Source: Eledone cirrhosa (Eukaryota). Taken from it: 64,000 bases of DNA. Every line of letters starts with the position of its first letter. The first letter of the stretch is position 1. The position numbers and the translations under genes are program-made. This document shows, in pieces, positions 1 to 11,232 of this stretch. Location of the stretch: positions 98,456,001 through 98,520,000 of the forward strand of contig OZ024745.1 in assembly GCA_964016885.1 (NCBI GenBank). Direction: 5' to 3'. A model generated the notes under the pieces. It was not told the DNA's origin. It saw only the letters and a list, made by a program, of their open reading frames with translations, and did not search any database.

Positions 1-1164
1 ACTTGCCCATTATACAGTGTTCCAGTTGTTTATATCAGTGAACTGTATCTTAAGGTTTCCTTTTATAACTATATCGCTTGGTTTATTTCATAAAGAATTA
101 TATAGAATATCAATACAGAGTAACGCAGAGTGCAAGGTGACAACTGTCCACATAAGGACCAGTAGGCCGATATTTTCTCAATTCAGCCAACTGCAAGCGT
201 ATAATGTCAAACTGAAAACTCTAAAACACTACATGTTGCTTAGGCGACCATTATACATGTTCAAAAGGATGAAATAAACAAGAGATATATTTTCTTTTCA
301 TTAGTTTTGAAGAATGTAACAAGTCGAGGAAGATACAGTCAAAATATATCAGAAAGTAGATAGACCTTTAATATTTAAACCAATTCTAAGAGAGATTGTT
401 AGTTTTTGAATATAAGGTTTATAGGAATTATATTGATCGGCATTTCACTTCAACTATATCTCTACAAAGATTCCGTTAACTTTTATTTTACTCTTTTATC
501 AAATACGTAAACGACATTTTCTTTAAAGTGTGTTATTCTTTATTTTTACTTTTATAAATTCTTCTTATTTCGCGACAGAATTTGGTTCTAAAATACTTAA
601 GGATAAAGATGATGTCATGATAAAATTCAGTTCAAAGCTTCTTACTGAATATATATTTCTACTGTGTGTTCGTTATTTATATTTTAACATCACTCATATT
701 TCGTAATCTTTTTTAATGTTACTGCAACAAAAGAATGTCCCCAGTTTCCTGAGAAAGAGCATCACGAGGTACAAGATAGCGAAACTTTCGTCATTCTGAA
801 ATATGCAATAATAATTTACTGATAGAAGAAAAACTAATTTTTGTTGTCGACTGCAGTAAAATGAAAACGTAGAATAATATTGTAATATCCATCAGTAATT
901 TTATGGAATGTAGAACATAATCGATCAACAAACAGGAAATAACTCAGGATTAGACTAGAATTGATACCCATCAAAAAGAATCTGGAAATATAATTTGAAG
1001 TTCATTCACTAAATGCAACGGTCCTAATTGCATATGAAAAGGACACAAGAATACCGTATGAATATGTATTGATTTCTTACCAACTACCTTAACAATCAAT
1101 AAACTACGAACTCTTTCATTAAAATTAAAATAACAAGAGATCGGCAAAGACGAAGAAAGGAATG

Positions 1165-1470
1165 AACCTCTGTCGGTTTCGACGAGGAGTGTTACAGTTT
1201 TTCGATCACCGGAAGAACTTCTTCATGAAATTATAGGATATAGACACATGTATCCTTTAACGTAATTCTCAGGAAGACCCAGTATGACAAATTGAGTGGC
1301 AAATCTGGTCCTTTGAATTATAGCCTATCCGATGAGCTTCCAAATAATTCCTGCCTCTCCAGTTTCACTTGTAATGTATGTGTCCATAGAAAATAACACT
1401 TTCCCAAGACGATTGAACCCAGAACTTTAATGATTTCAAAACAAATTTCTTAACCATTCGGCCATGCTGT
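1165..1470 (-). mobile_element. Degenerate tRNA-derived (CORE-like) SINE, family S2
   Basis: Similar to 18350-18690 and 60530-60840 (GTACCCTT..CGTAATTCTCAGGAAGA block, B-box-like end). Confidence 0.5.
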
Positions 1471-1640
1471 GTCCACAGTAAAGTTTAATAAGGCAATAGA
1501 ACAGTGTGCTAAATACATTAGATCGTTTTATTCTGTCCCTCTGTGTGTTAAGTTCAAATTACGCCGAGGTTTAATTTACTTTTCATTCATCCAAGTTGAC
1601 TTTCTCGTGGCCATATTTATAATGAAATATATAAACTATA

Positions 1641-4600
1641 TCTCTATATATAAAGCTGAGGTTGTGTGTGTTAAAGTTTGTAACGTATGCACGTCCACAA
1701 TTTCCAACGGATTCTATTCAAAGTCGGGACAATTATTGTTTTTGGTCAGGAAAAGGTCATGAGGCAAAAATGTTTCAAATTAATCAACAATAAGGGCAAA
1801 AATCGATCATGATCATTCCCCCTCTCTATAATTTAACTGCTTTACTCTCTCTCTCTCTGTCGCTCTTCACTCCCTATATGACAACACTGCAGAGAGAGAA
1901 ACAATGTATATCATCAAATGGAGCGTTTCGTATATTCCCTCTCTCTCTCTAATTTAACTGCTTTACTCTCTCTGTCGCTCTTCATTCCCTATATGACAGC
2001 ACTGCAGTGGAGCGTTCCGTATTGAGCGTTCCTTATTGACATACGGCTTATCTGGGGCATTTTCAATCGGCTTATTGCAAATAACAACCCGCAAAATAAC
2101 ACTTCATATAACAGATTAATGCTATAGACATATGAATCGGAATGTAACCCGTGAACTTTTTCCTGGGAAAAATTATTCGAACAGACATGATCTCATTGCC
2201 AGAGTGTTCAGACTGAAACTGGCTAAACTCATGGCTTTAATTAAAAAGGGTCAGGTATTTGGGGCTGTAAAATGTGACATGTTCATGTCGAATGAAAACG
2301 AGGGCTGCCACATGCTCACATTTTGATTTGGTTAGCTGATAATATCAATTCAAATGCCATAGACAGCTTCATTTCGGCTGAAATCCCTAACCCAGCAACT
2401 GACCAGGAATTACATGACATCGTCAAAGCTAACATGGTCCGTGTGCGTCGTCGGGTCCTAATGAGCATCACACGTGTCTGAAAGGGGGGTCGTGCAGTAA
2501 GGGATACCAAAAAAAATTTGTTGTCAAGACTCAGACTGGTGGTGACGTGTACCCCCTGTACAGGCGGAGACGGCCCGAGAACGGTGGATTCACTACAACA
2601 GTAAAGGGAGTTCAAGTCGACAATAGATGGGTGGTCCTTTACTGCCCGCTTCTCTTGAAGATGTTCAACACCCACATCAACGTTGAGTTTTGCAACTCCG
2701 TCAAGTCGATAAAATACATATGCAAATATGTAAATAAGGCCTCTGATGCCGCAATGTTCGCATTTCAAGCTGAAAATGGTAGGGACGAGGTCACAGAATA
2801 CCTGGCGGGGCGGTACGTCAGTAGCAATGAAGCTTTTTGGCGCCTATTTGGTTTACTCCTACTTCAACGTCACCCCGCCATCGTACAGCTTGCGGTACAT
2901 TTGGAAAATGGGCAAAGGGTTTACTTTACAGACCAAACCGCCGCCAAGTTGGCCGCCGATCCGAAAGAGACCATTCTGACGGGTTTCTTCAAACTTTGCC
3001 AGTTCGATACATTTGCGCAAACAATTTTGTACCCCCAGGTTCCATCCTATTTTATATGGTCGAAAAACACTTGGGTAGGAAGAAAGTCAGGTCAGGCTGT
3101 TGAAAGACAACCTGGTGTAAAATTTGACAGCTGTCTTGGAAGGGTTTACACTGTGCCTCCAAGTCAGCATGAGTGCTTTCATCTCCGCCTTCTTCTGCAT
3201 GAAGTTGTAGGCCCACAAAGTTTTCAGGACCTCAAAACTGTTGATGGAAAAATATGTGATACGTACCGGGAAGCCTGCTTTAAGCGTGGTCTTTTGGAAG
3301 ATGATTCGCAATGAGATTCCACTTTAGCAGAGGGTGCTTTGTTGAAATCACCTAAAGGTCTACGGAAACTCTTTGCCATTTGGCTTCAAAAGTGTGAATT
3401 GGGTGATCCCAAATCTTTATGGGTCAAGTACAGAGACTTCATGTCTGAGGACTTCCTGCGCCTGGCTCATCTGCAGTATACTTCAGTGGAAGTTGGTTAC
3501 AGCGACATTATCTACAACAGGATAGTCATTGATATCGAGGACGCCCTCCTTGACATGAGTGGGAGTGAGTTGGCGACGTATGGCTTGCCGTCAACCGTCA
3601 GAGAGGAAGCTAACACGTTGGCCCCAGATTTGTTGCGGGGAACAGCATATGACATCGAATCTCGTTCCCAATACTTAGAGTAAAATGAGCCCAAACTTCT
3701 GTCGGACCAAAGGTTGGCCTATTTAACTATCATTGACGCGGTTCAAAATCAGACTGGGGGTATTTACTTTCTCGATGCTCCAGGGAGTACCGGAAAAACT
3801 TTTGTAACGAAATTGATTCTCGCTAAGATTCGTCAGGAGAAAAAAATTGCGTTGGCCGTTGCATCGTCCGGGATCGCTGCTACTTTGCTGCCGGGAGGCA
3901 GGACAGCACATTCAACCTTTAAACTCCCTTTGGAGTTAGTAAAAACTGAGACACCAACATGCAATATCAGCAAGAGTTCACACAAAGCTATGGTTCTCAA
4001 AATATGTTGCCTCATTGTTTGGGATGAGTGCACAATGGCACACAAGGGTGCCCTTGAGGCATTGAACAGGAACCTGAAAGAGATTCTACGGCTCCTATGG
4101 GTGGCGTAACCCTTCTGCTATCAGGGGATTTTCGGCAAACGCTGCCTGTCATCCCCAAAGCGACAAGAGCTGATGAAGTGCATGCTTGCCTTAAGTCGTC
4201 CATGTTGTGGCTCCAGATGAAAAGTTTGTACCTGAGCACAAATATGCGTGCTCATTTGCATGGTGACAACATGTCTGCAGCATTTGCTCAGAACATTTTA
4301 GCACTTGGTGATGGCAAGGTCCCTGCGGATGACAAGGGCGGCATAGCAATCGACTCCCTGTGCAACACTGTGAGCAGCGCTTATGACCTTTGGGAAGCAG
4401 TTTTTCCTAATGTCTCATCTAACTTTAAAAACCTCGATTGGCTCAGAGAAAGAGCCATCCTTGCTCCGAAAAATACCATGGTTAATTTTATTAACGAGCA
4501 GCTGATTGAGAAGATTCCCGGTAAAGAGCCATCTTCAAATCTATCGACCGGACGTCAGACCCCGACGATATCGTTAATTATCCGGTTGAGTTATTAAATT

Positions 4601-5345
4601 CCCTTGAGCCCCCAGGGCTCCCACCTCACATTCTTAAGCTTAGGGTTGGCTGTCCCATTATGCTAATAAGGAACTTGCGTCCACCAAAGCAGTGCAACGG
4701 TACTCGCATAGTTGCCAAGTCACTGAGGCCCCACTTGATTGAGGCCACTATTGTAACGGGGTGCGGGGGAGGATGAACCTTTTCCCCTCGGCGTCAGATA
4801 TCCCGTTCGATATCCAGCGATCCCAATTCCCGGTGAGACCATGTTTTGCCATGTCCATTAACAGTAACGAGGGCAAACATTGTCGGTGGCGGGCATCCAT
4901 TGGGGAGAGACATGCTTCTCCCATGGCCAACTTTATGTTGCCTGTTCCCGCGTAGGGAGTAGAAATGGACATTTTGCTTACACTCCTCAAGAGATGACAC
5001 GCAATATCGTCTACAAAGAGGTGCTATAGATGTTGGTGCAGGTGTTGGAGGTGTTGGAGCTATGCCGTCTGGAAAACTGGTAGGGTCACCCATGGCGGAT
5101 AGATCTGACACCCAGCGGCATCAGGGCCACCATCTTGCAACTTTGATCTGCTAAATTCGCTATTGGAAGATTATTAACCCATCATTGATTGTCCAAAATG
5201 CTAATTGGTTCGTAACTTTTAATAACCGGTTCAACTGCTTTATGCACATAATTGATAAGCTTATTTGCTTTCAAGCCACGTTTACCTGTATGTAACTTTT
5301 CATAACAAATGAACGAACCCGAGCAACGCCGGGCTAAACTGCTAG
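1641..5345 (+). mobile_element. Helitron (rolling-circle transposon), internally deleted and decayed, both termini intact
   Basis: 5' A|TCTCTATATATAAAG at 1641. 3' GC-rich hairpin (CCCGAGCAACGCCGGG, 5318-5333) then CTAG|T at 5342-5345, i.e. inserted between A and T. Internal Rep/helicase coding remnants. Confidence 0.9.
2132..5030 (+). pseudogene. Helitron RepHel (HUH endonuclease + PIF1-like helicase), frameshifted with stops
   Basis: GLPHAHILIWL HUH motif at ~2302, YPLYRRR, SVKSIKYICKYVNK, LAVHLENGQRVYF, Walker A FLDAPGSTGKTF, Walker B IVWDECTM, GDFRQTLPVI and FPVRPCFAMSIN, spread over several frames. Confidence 0.93.
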
Positions 5346-5419
5346 TATACACTATATTTCACTTAATTTACGAAGAATTTGGAGGGATTTACGAAATATT
5401 ATTAATCATTTCATTATTG

Positions 5420-5590
5420 TTTCTAACACGAGGTCAGCAATTTGTGGGGGTAGGAAAAGTTGATTATATCGACCCCAGTACTTGAATGGTACTTTATTTT
5501 ATTGATTCCGGAAGGATGAAAGACAAAGTTGAACTCGATGGAGTTTGAACTCAGAATGTAAAGGACCGTCACTATATGTCACAAAGCATT
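5420..5590 (-). mobile_element. tRNA-derived SINE family S1, diverged copy
   Basis: ATCGACCCCAGTAC...GGTACTTTATTTT...GGATGAAAGACAAAGTT...TTTGAACTCAG matches the other S1 copies. Confidence 0.75.
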
Positions 5591-5668
5591 TAATCGAATA
5601 AACTCAACAATTAATTAGCAAAAAGCCGGTCTTCTTTGAAAGTAGGAAAGAAAAACTAAAAAAAAAAA

Positions 5669-6100
5669 ATAATCCACACATATTATAGAGAGTGGGTAAA
5701 GAGCTCCAGTATGGTCGTTACCATACATTCTCATATGATAAAACTAACGTGAAAGTAAGAAAAAATTAAAAGAAGTTAATCCATACATATAGAGAGTTAA
5801 CTTTGCCTTTCATCCTTAAGGGGTCGATAAAATGAAGTACGAGTAATGCACTGGGTAATTGCTGGCCTTGTGCCTAAAGTAGAAACAATTAGAGAGAGTA
5901 GGCAAAGAGCTCCAGTATGGCCGTTACCATAATTTCTCACGTGACGATAGAACTAACGTGAAAGTAGTAGGGGAAAAAAAGAAAATCTAAAAAATAAATT
6001 AATCCACACATTATGTCCCCATAAAAGAGAGAGCAACTAAAGAGCTCCAATATGGCCGTTATCATAGCCTCAAATGACGAATGAAATAACGTGAAAGTAA
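5669..6100. repeat. Three diverged ~110-nt tandem units, the middle one interrupted by an S1 SINE fragment (5796-5890)
   Basis: Recurring AATCCACACAT...AAAGAGCTCCAGTATGG(T/C)CGTTA(C/T)CATA...AACGTGAAAGTA. Confidence 0.7.
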
Positions 6101-6448
6101 AAATACATTAAGTCGAAGCTGGAGATGTAGAGGAGAATAAGAATAAAAAAAAAGCTGTTCTATTTTAATTCATAAAGCGTTCCTAAATGTTAGTGATGTC
6201 GAGTTGGCTAAAGGTCGACAGAATTAACTCTACATTCTCTAGACAATATTTAACCTGAATCACATAAAACATTGTTTTCTATGAAGTATCTTTCTACTGT
6301 CAATTTGAACCAGCATTTAGTTTTCTAAGAGAGCATTGCATTTAGAAGTGTCTTCTAACGTACCGAACCTACATTAGTACCTGTGTAAATAAATATACAG
6401 GCATACCTGCGCACACATACGCACACACTTGTATAGATTTATATATAC

Positions 6449-6612
<164 letters not shown>

Positions 6613-6785
6613 AGTTCTGTTCGCATGCCAACACAAGAGCAAGAATGAAGGGTTCATTCTACTGACATGGCTATAAAATTGAGGCTTGTTTGCATAATTG
6701 CAAACGAATCGAATGTTATTATTAATATTCGAAAAACTCAGATTACATTTATTGTATTCAGCCATGTAGAGCGAAAATGTTCTTT

Positions 6786-6816
<31 letters not shown>

Positions 6817-6817
<1 letters not shown>

Positions 6818-7224
6818 ATATAAGATCAAAAGATGGTTAAAAGAGTTCCAAGTATTTTATTATGCGCATTTCAAAAACAAATGTCATCATGTGATGATAT
6901 CTGCGTTCTCATCAGATAAAATAGGAAGACATGATATGAAGCTTAAAAACACTTGTGAGCAGTGAAGTTTTAAATCAACATGATATGTTGTGTATGAAGC
7001 GTTTTTTAAGCTTCATATCATGTCTCCCTATTTTATCTGATGAAAACGCAGATATCATCCCACGATGATATTTGTTTTTGAAATGCGCATAATAAAATAC
7101 TTGGAACTCTTTTAACCATCTTTTGATCTTATATTATTTATACTCCAGTCCTATAAACTGTAGAGTGGTACTTATCCGATATTTGCATTGCTTTATTGTA
7201 CTACAATAAAACTCACTGCCTACG

Positions 7225-7226
<2 letters not shown>
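6817..7226 (+). mobile_element. Non-autonomous PLE-derived fold-back element (family A) between (TA)n tracts
   Basis: Arms 6817-6950 and 7003-7137 are near-perfect inverted repeats, each containing a hammerhead. An ~85-nt tail with a bulged hairpin (7141-7167) follows. Confidence 0.8.
7029..7099 (+). ncRNA. Type I minimal hammerhead ribozyme (mirror copy on - strand at 6853-6922)
   Basis: Stem I TATTTTAT/ATAAAATA, CTGATGA at 7037-7043, long stem II, GAAA at 7080, palindromic stem III ATGCGCAT, AUA cleavage triplet. Confidence 0.85.
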
Positions 7227-7276
<50 letters not shown>

Positions 7277-7526
7277 GGGTGTATACATGCATGCTCTTAT
7301 ATGTTCATATATATATATACAAGCATGTATACCGTATACATATATACATGCTTGCATCCATATATACATGCATACATACATGCATGCAGTCACACATACA
7401 TAGATACATACATACACACATACATAGATACATACATACATAAACACATACATACATATACACACATATACATATATACACACATAAATACATATATACA
7501 TACATAATAACATATATATATATATA

Positions 7527-7791
7527 TGAAATAATAAATTGCTCCGAAGAATCCAAACCTCGGTTTGGAGGAAACAGCTGTAAGCACAAAAATGTTTTGA
7601 ACAGTTCTTTGATTCTTATATTTCATATAACTGCTCTGTAAATCATCTGATGTTTTTACATTGAGCTACTTAACTTACTGGTAATAAGGTAGTAATATAT
7701 TACTGCCTACCACTATTTAGGGTTTGTATAAAAAAATACATATAACTGCAAAAGGTTTTTGTATTTACATAACCATAAATAGTATAATTAA

Positions 7792-7794
<3 letters not shown>
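7527..7794 (+). mobile_element. Non-autonomous PLE-derived element with variant hammerhead, between (TA)n tracts
   Basis: TGCT-CCGAAGA-ATCCAAACCTCGGTTTGGAG-GAA-ACAGCTGT-A-AGCA (7540-7586). Short inverted repeat ATATGAAATA/TATTTCATAT. Bulged hairpin GCTC-TGTAAA..TTTACA-TT-GAGC (7633-7666). Confidence 0.72.
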
Positions 7795-7832
<38 letters not shown>

Positions 7833-7884
7833 ATTGCTCTACGATGCACATGATGAACCTAACAACGGATCAGACTCGATAGTA

Positions 7885-8072
7885 ATTGTTTCTTCTTTTG
7901 GCACAAGGCCAGCCATACCCCAGTGCATTACTGGTACTTTATTTTATCGACCCCATAAGGATGAATGACAAAGTTAACCGCGGCCTGATTTAAACTCAGA
8001 GCGTAAAGAGCTATAACTCTATGCTGCAAAGCATGGTGTCTGACGCTCCACCGATACTGCCAATCCACCGCC
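7885..8072 (-). mobile_element. SINE S1, short subfamily
   Basis: Full match to the S1 consensus (A-box TGGCAGTATCGG, B-box GAGTTYAAATC, GCCTTTCATCCTTACGGGGTCGATAAAAT domain). Confidence 0.85.
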
Positions 8073-8086
8073 AATCAGACTTGATA

Positions 8087-8295
8087 ATGGTTTCTTATAT
8101 TAGCACAAGGCCAGCAATTTTGGGAGGAGAGGAAAGTAGATTAAATCGACCCCAGTGCGTGACTGGTACTTTATTTTATCTACCCGCGTAAGGATGAAAG
8201 GCAAAGTTAACCTCGGCGGGATTTGAACTCAGAACGTAAAGGGCCATAACTCTATGATGTAAATCAACGTTCAACCCTCTACCGATACTGCCAAT
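8087..8295 (-). mobile_element. SINE S1, long subfamily
   Basis: S1 consensus with the extra GGGGTCGATTTAATC..CTTTCC block. Confidence 0.85.
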
Positions 8296-8700
8296 AGAGT
8301 TGATAATAATATCGTTGTTGTTTTGATTTTTTTTTTCTATTATTCATTAGACTATATTCCTCAATATTTGCACCCTTCTCGATTTTACTGTCTACCCAGA
8401 CCAACCCAGTTACACACCCACAACTTATTGATCAGTCTAAGATCGATATTGACTGCATACCATTTCTGGAATTGCAGAATCCTGCTTCGTCTTTTGACGG
8501 AATATAAATCAAACAAGACTTTTCAGTTGGTTTGATTTTTTTTTCATTTTCTTTTGTTTTATTTTATTTTATTGTATTTTACTGAGAAACGTATAAAGTA
8601 TCGATATATTTTCACCAGGCGCAACATAGAAAGATGAGTTATAATCGATTGTTGAAACTCAGATATACTTCTGGTACTGTGTATATATATATATATATAT

Positions 8701-9095
8701 ATGTTCAAGACCCCGGTGGCAGAGCTCAAGCCGTTTCGACGGCTATTTCTGGACTAAATTAGATTTTTAGCGTGGTAATAAATCCTTCTTTGGAACAACC
8801 TACATACATTTGACCTTGTGAGAAACAGCCCTTGTCTAGAAGGAGAACAACAACCTGCAGCGTTTGATCTTCGGACTTGTTAATGGTCATTGCGTGACTC
8901 TTACAGGAAATCTTACAATGAATCCTTCATTTATTCCCACGCTAAAAATCTAATTTAGTGCAGAAATAGCCGTCGAAACGGCTTGAGCTCTGCCGTCGGG
9001 GTCTTGAACATTTTCCTATTACCCATTCTACTCCCTAAGTATTGAGTACTCTGGTGCGTTATGGTCCACCTGGTTCCTTACCACACTTCCTTCGT
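8701..9095 (+). mobile_element. Fold-back element family B between (TA)n tracts, with a captured Helitron fragment as spacer
   Basis: Arms 8701-8782 and 8930-9011. Half-hammerhead GAAACGGC..GCCGTC at 8975-8997. Tail hairpin at 9025-9047. Related copies at 25487, 26384 and 47001. Confidence 0.75.
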
Positions 9096-9120
9096 TATAT
9101 ATATATATATATATATATAT

Positions 9121-9546
9121 ACGATATTAAATAAATGGAAACTATATTTATAAAACCATATTTATTTCATTATATATATTTCAGGGATATCATATAAAAA
9201 ATATGGTATGCCTTCATCAGACAAAATACAATATAAACAGTCTTATAAATAGATAGATTTGACATACCTTACAACTTCAACTTCCATTTAAAATGGAAGT
9301 TGAAGTTGTAAGGTATGTCAAATCTATCTATTTATAAGACTGTTTATATTGTATTTTGTCTGATGAAGGCATACCATATTTTTAATATGATATCCCTGAA
9401 ATATATATAATGAAATAAATATGGTTTTATAAATATAGTTTCCATTTATTTAATATCGTAAATATACTCCAAATACTTGTTGAGTGCTTTTATATCAGTT
9501 ATAAATATTTACTCGTTGTAACCCAACAATTTAAATAAAACTTTGC
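9121..9546 (+). mobile_element. Fold-back element family C: ~340-bp near-perfect palindrome plus tail, between (TA)n tracts
   Basis: 9121-9459 is palindromic about ~9290. HHR in each arm. Tail hairpin TACTC-CAA-ATAC-TTG-TT-GAGTG at 9465-9486. Confidence 0.82.
9352..9417 (+). ncRNA. Type I minimal hammerhead ribozyme (mirror copy on - strand at ~9163-9228)
   Basis: TATTTTGT-CTGATGA-AGGCATACCATAT..ATATGATATCCCT-GAA-ATATATAT-A-ATGAAATA. Confidence 0.8.
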
Positions 9547-9879
9547 ATATATATATATATATATTTAAGGGCATTAACTCTAACATAGCTTTATATATGA
9601 AATATGTGAACTTGTATGTCTGGCGATATACGGTAAGTTTATAGATAAGCATTTTGAAAATCTTCAGCTATGAGTTTGAAAGCTGATAGCGTAGCGTCAT
9701 CTAGTGTGTTCCAACAGAAGCTAAGGACGGGTAACTGGCGATAATGACGTCATCATTTTTTACCTTGGTCGTTATCAAGCTAGCGCTCCCGAACATCTTA
9801 CTGCTGTAAATTAATATAAGCTAAAACATATAGTTTAGAAGCCTATCACATGGGCTGATCAGCCACATTTGCATATAGA

Positions 9880-10290
9880 GTATACGTCACACAACCTTGA
9901 ATTGAAGAAGGGCGTAGTCATTATGCCTCACAGCAACCTCAACCAGCTTAGTTTGTGCAATGGGATGCGTATGGTTGTGATTGAACTACAGCCTCACGTA
10001 TCGAAGCCAAAATTCTCATTGGATGTGATAAGGGAAACATCATATTTATACCTAGAATATCGCCAATACCAACAGATGTTCCCTTTCAATTCAAACGATT
10101 GTGTTTCCCTGTAAGAGTCAGTTACACAATGATCATTAACAAGTCCGAAGATCAAACACTGCAGGTCTCCATCTAGAAGAGGGCTGTTTCTCACATGGTC
10201 AATTGTATGTAGGTTGTTCCAAAGAAGGAAACTCCCATATATGCCTCGAAGAATAAAGTTAAAAACATTGTATTTAATGAAGTTCTGTAA
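9880..10290 (+). pseudogene. Helitron PIF1-like helicase C-terminal remnant
   Basis: SHNLELKKGVVIM..NLNQLSLCNGMRMVV and a FPVRV..MIINKSEDQTL..CFSHGQLYVGCSK-like translation, frameshifted. Confidence 0.75.
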
Positions 10291-10651
10291 ATGTTTTATA
10301 ATTTTCGGAGAAAATGTCGATTGCGAACATTTCGGAGGTCAGATTAATTGAAAACAGGAAAAACCTTAATTATTACCAATTTTATTTACTATGGTTAGAG
10401 GCTAACAAACATTTTTTTATAACTATTATAGATATTTATTTCTTCCACAAATATGTTTTATATTTACAGTCAAAATTCTTTTTCGCTTTTGTTTCATTAT
10501 TTTCCATATCCTTCTTTAATTACAATTGTTTAATCAAAACATCCAGTACAATGTATCGGTTGATTGCTTAATGTGTTAAATATCCGAACACATCTTGTTA
10601 CGGTCTAACACTCATAGATTGTGTTGTTAATATTTCCATCTACCGTTTTAG

Positions 10652-10835
10652 TGGTTTGGCAGAATCGGTAGAGGGTTGGACAAATGCTTTGTAGCACAGA
10701 GTTACGCCCCTTTCTGATCTGAGTTCAAATCCTGCCGAGGTTAACTTTGCCTTTCATCCTTACGGGGTCGATAAAATAAAGTACCAGTAACGCACTAGGT
10801 AATTGCTGGCCTTGTGCCAGAAGTAGAAACAATTA
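10652..10835 (+). mobile_element. SINE S1, short subfamily
   Basis: Match to the S1 consensus with an (ATT)n-like tail. Confidence 0.85.
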
Positions 10836-10873
10836 TTATTGCTATTGCTGTTGTTCTTATTAATATCTCTCTG

Positions 10874-10932
<59 letters not shown>

Positions 10933-11099
10933 GGTAAACAGAAATAACAACACAATCGGTACAGTATATGGAAGGAATATATTAGGTTAACGCTTGATAT
11001 AGCAGGAAGAGGGTCTTAACGTTTCGGACGCTAGTCCTTCAGGAGAAGAAAGAATGAGAAATAAGATAGATTAAGGGGACGGGCGGGTTGGAATGGGAA

Positions 11100-11135
<36 letters not shown>

Positions 11136-11176
11136 CGAAACATAAGTCAATTGCATGAACTCATAATCCTTTATTT

Positions 11177-11232
11177 ACTGCTATATGTATTTCGATGATA
11201 GCCATTAAATGGCTATGACCTCATCAGGCAGT
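11177..11232 (-). ncRNA. Type I minimal hammerhead ribozyme about 45 nt from a (TA)n tract
   Basis: Minus strand ACTGC-CTGATGA-GGTCATAGCCATTTAATGGCTATCATC-GAA-ATACATAT-A-GCAGT, with perfect 5-bp stem I and a good stem II. Confidence 0.82.
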
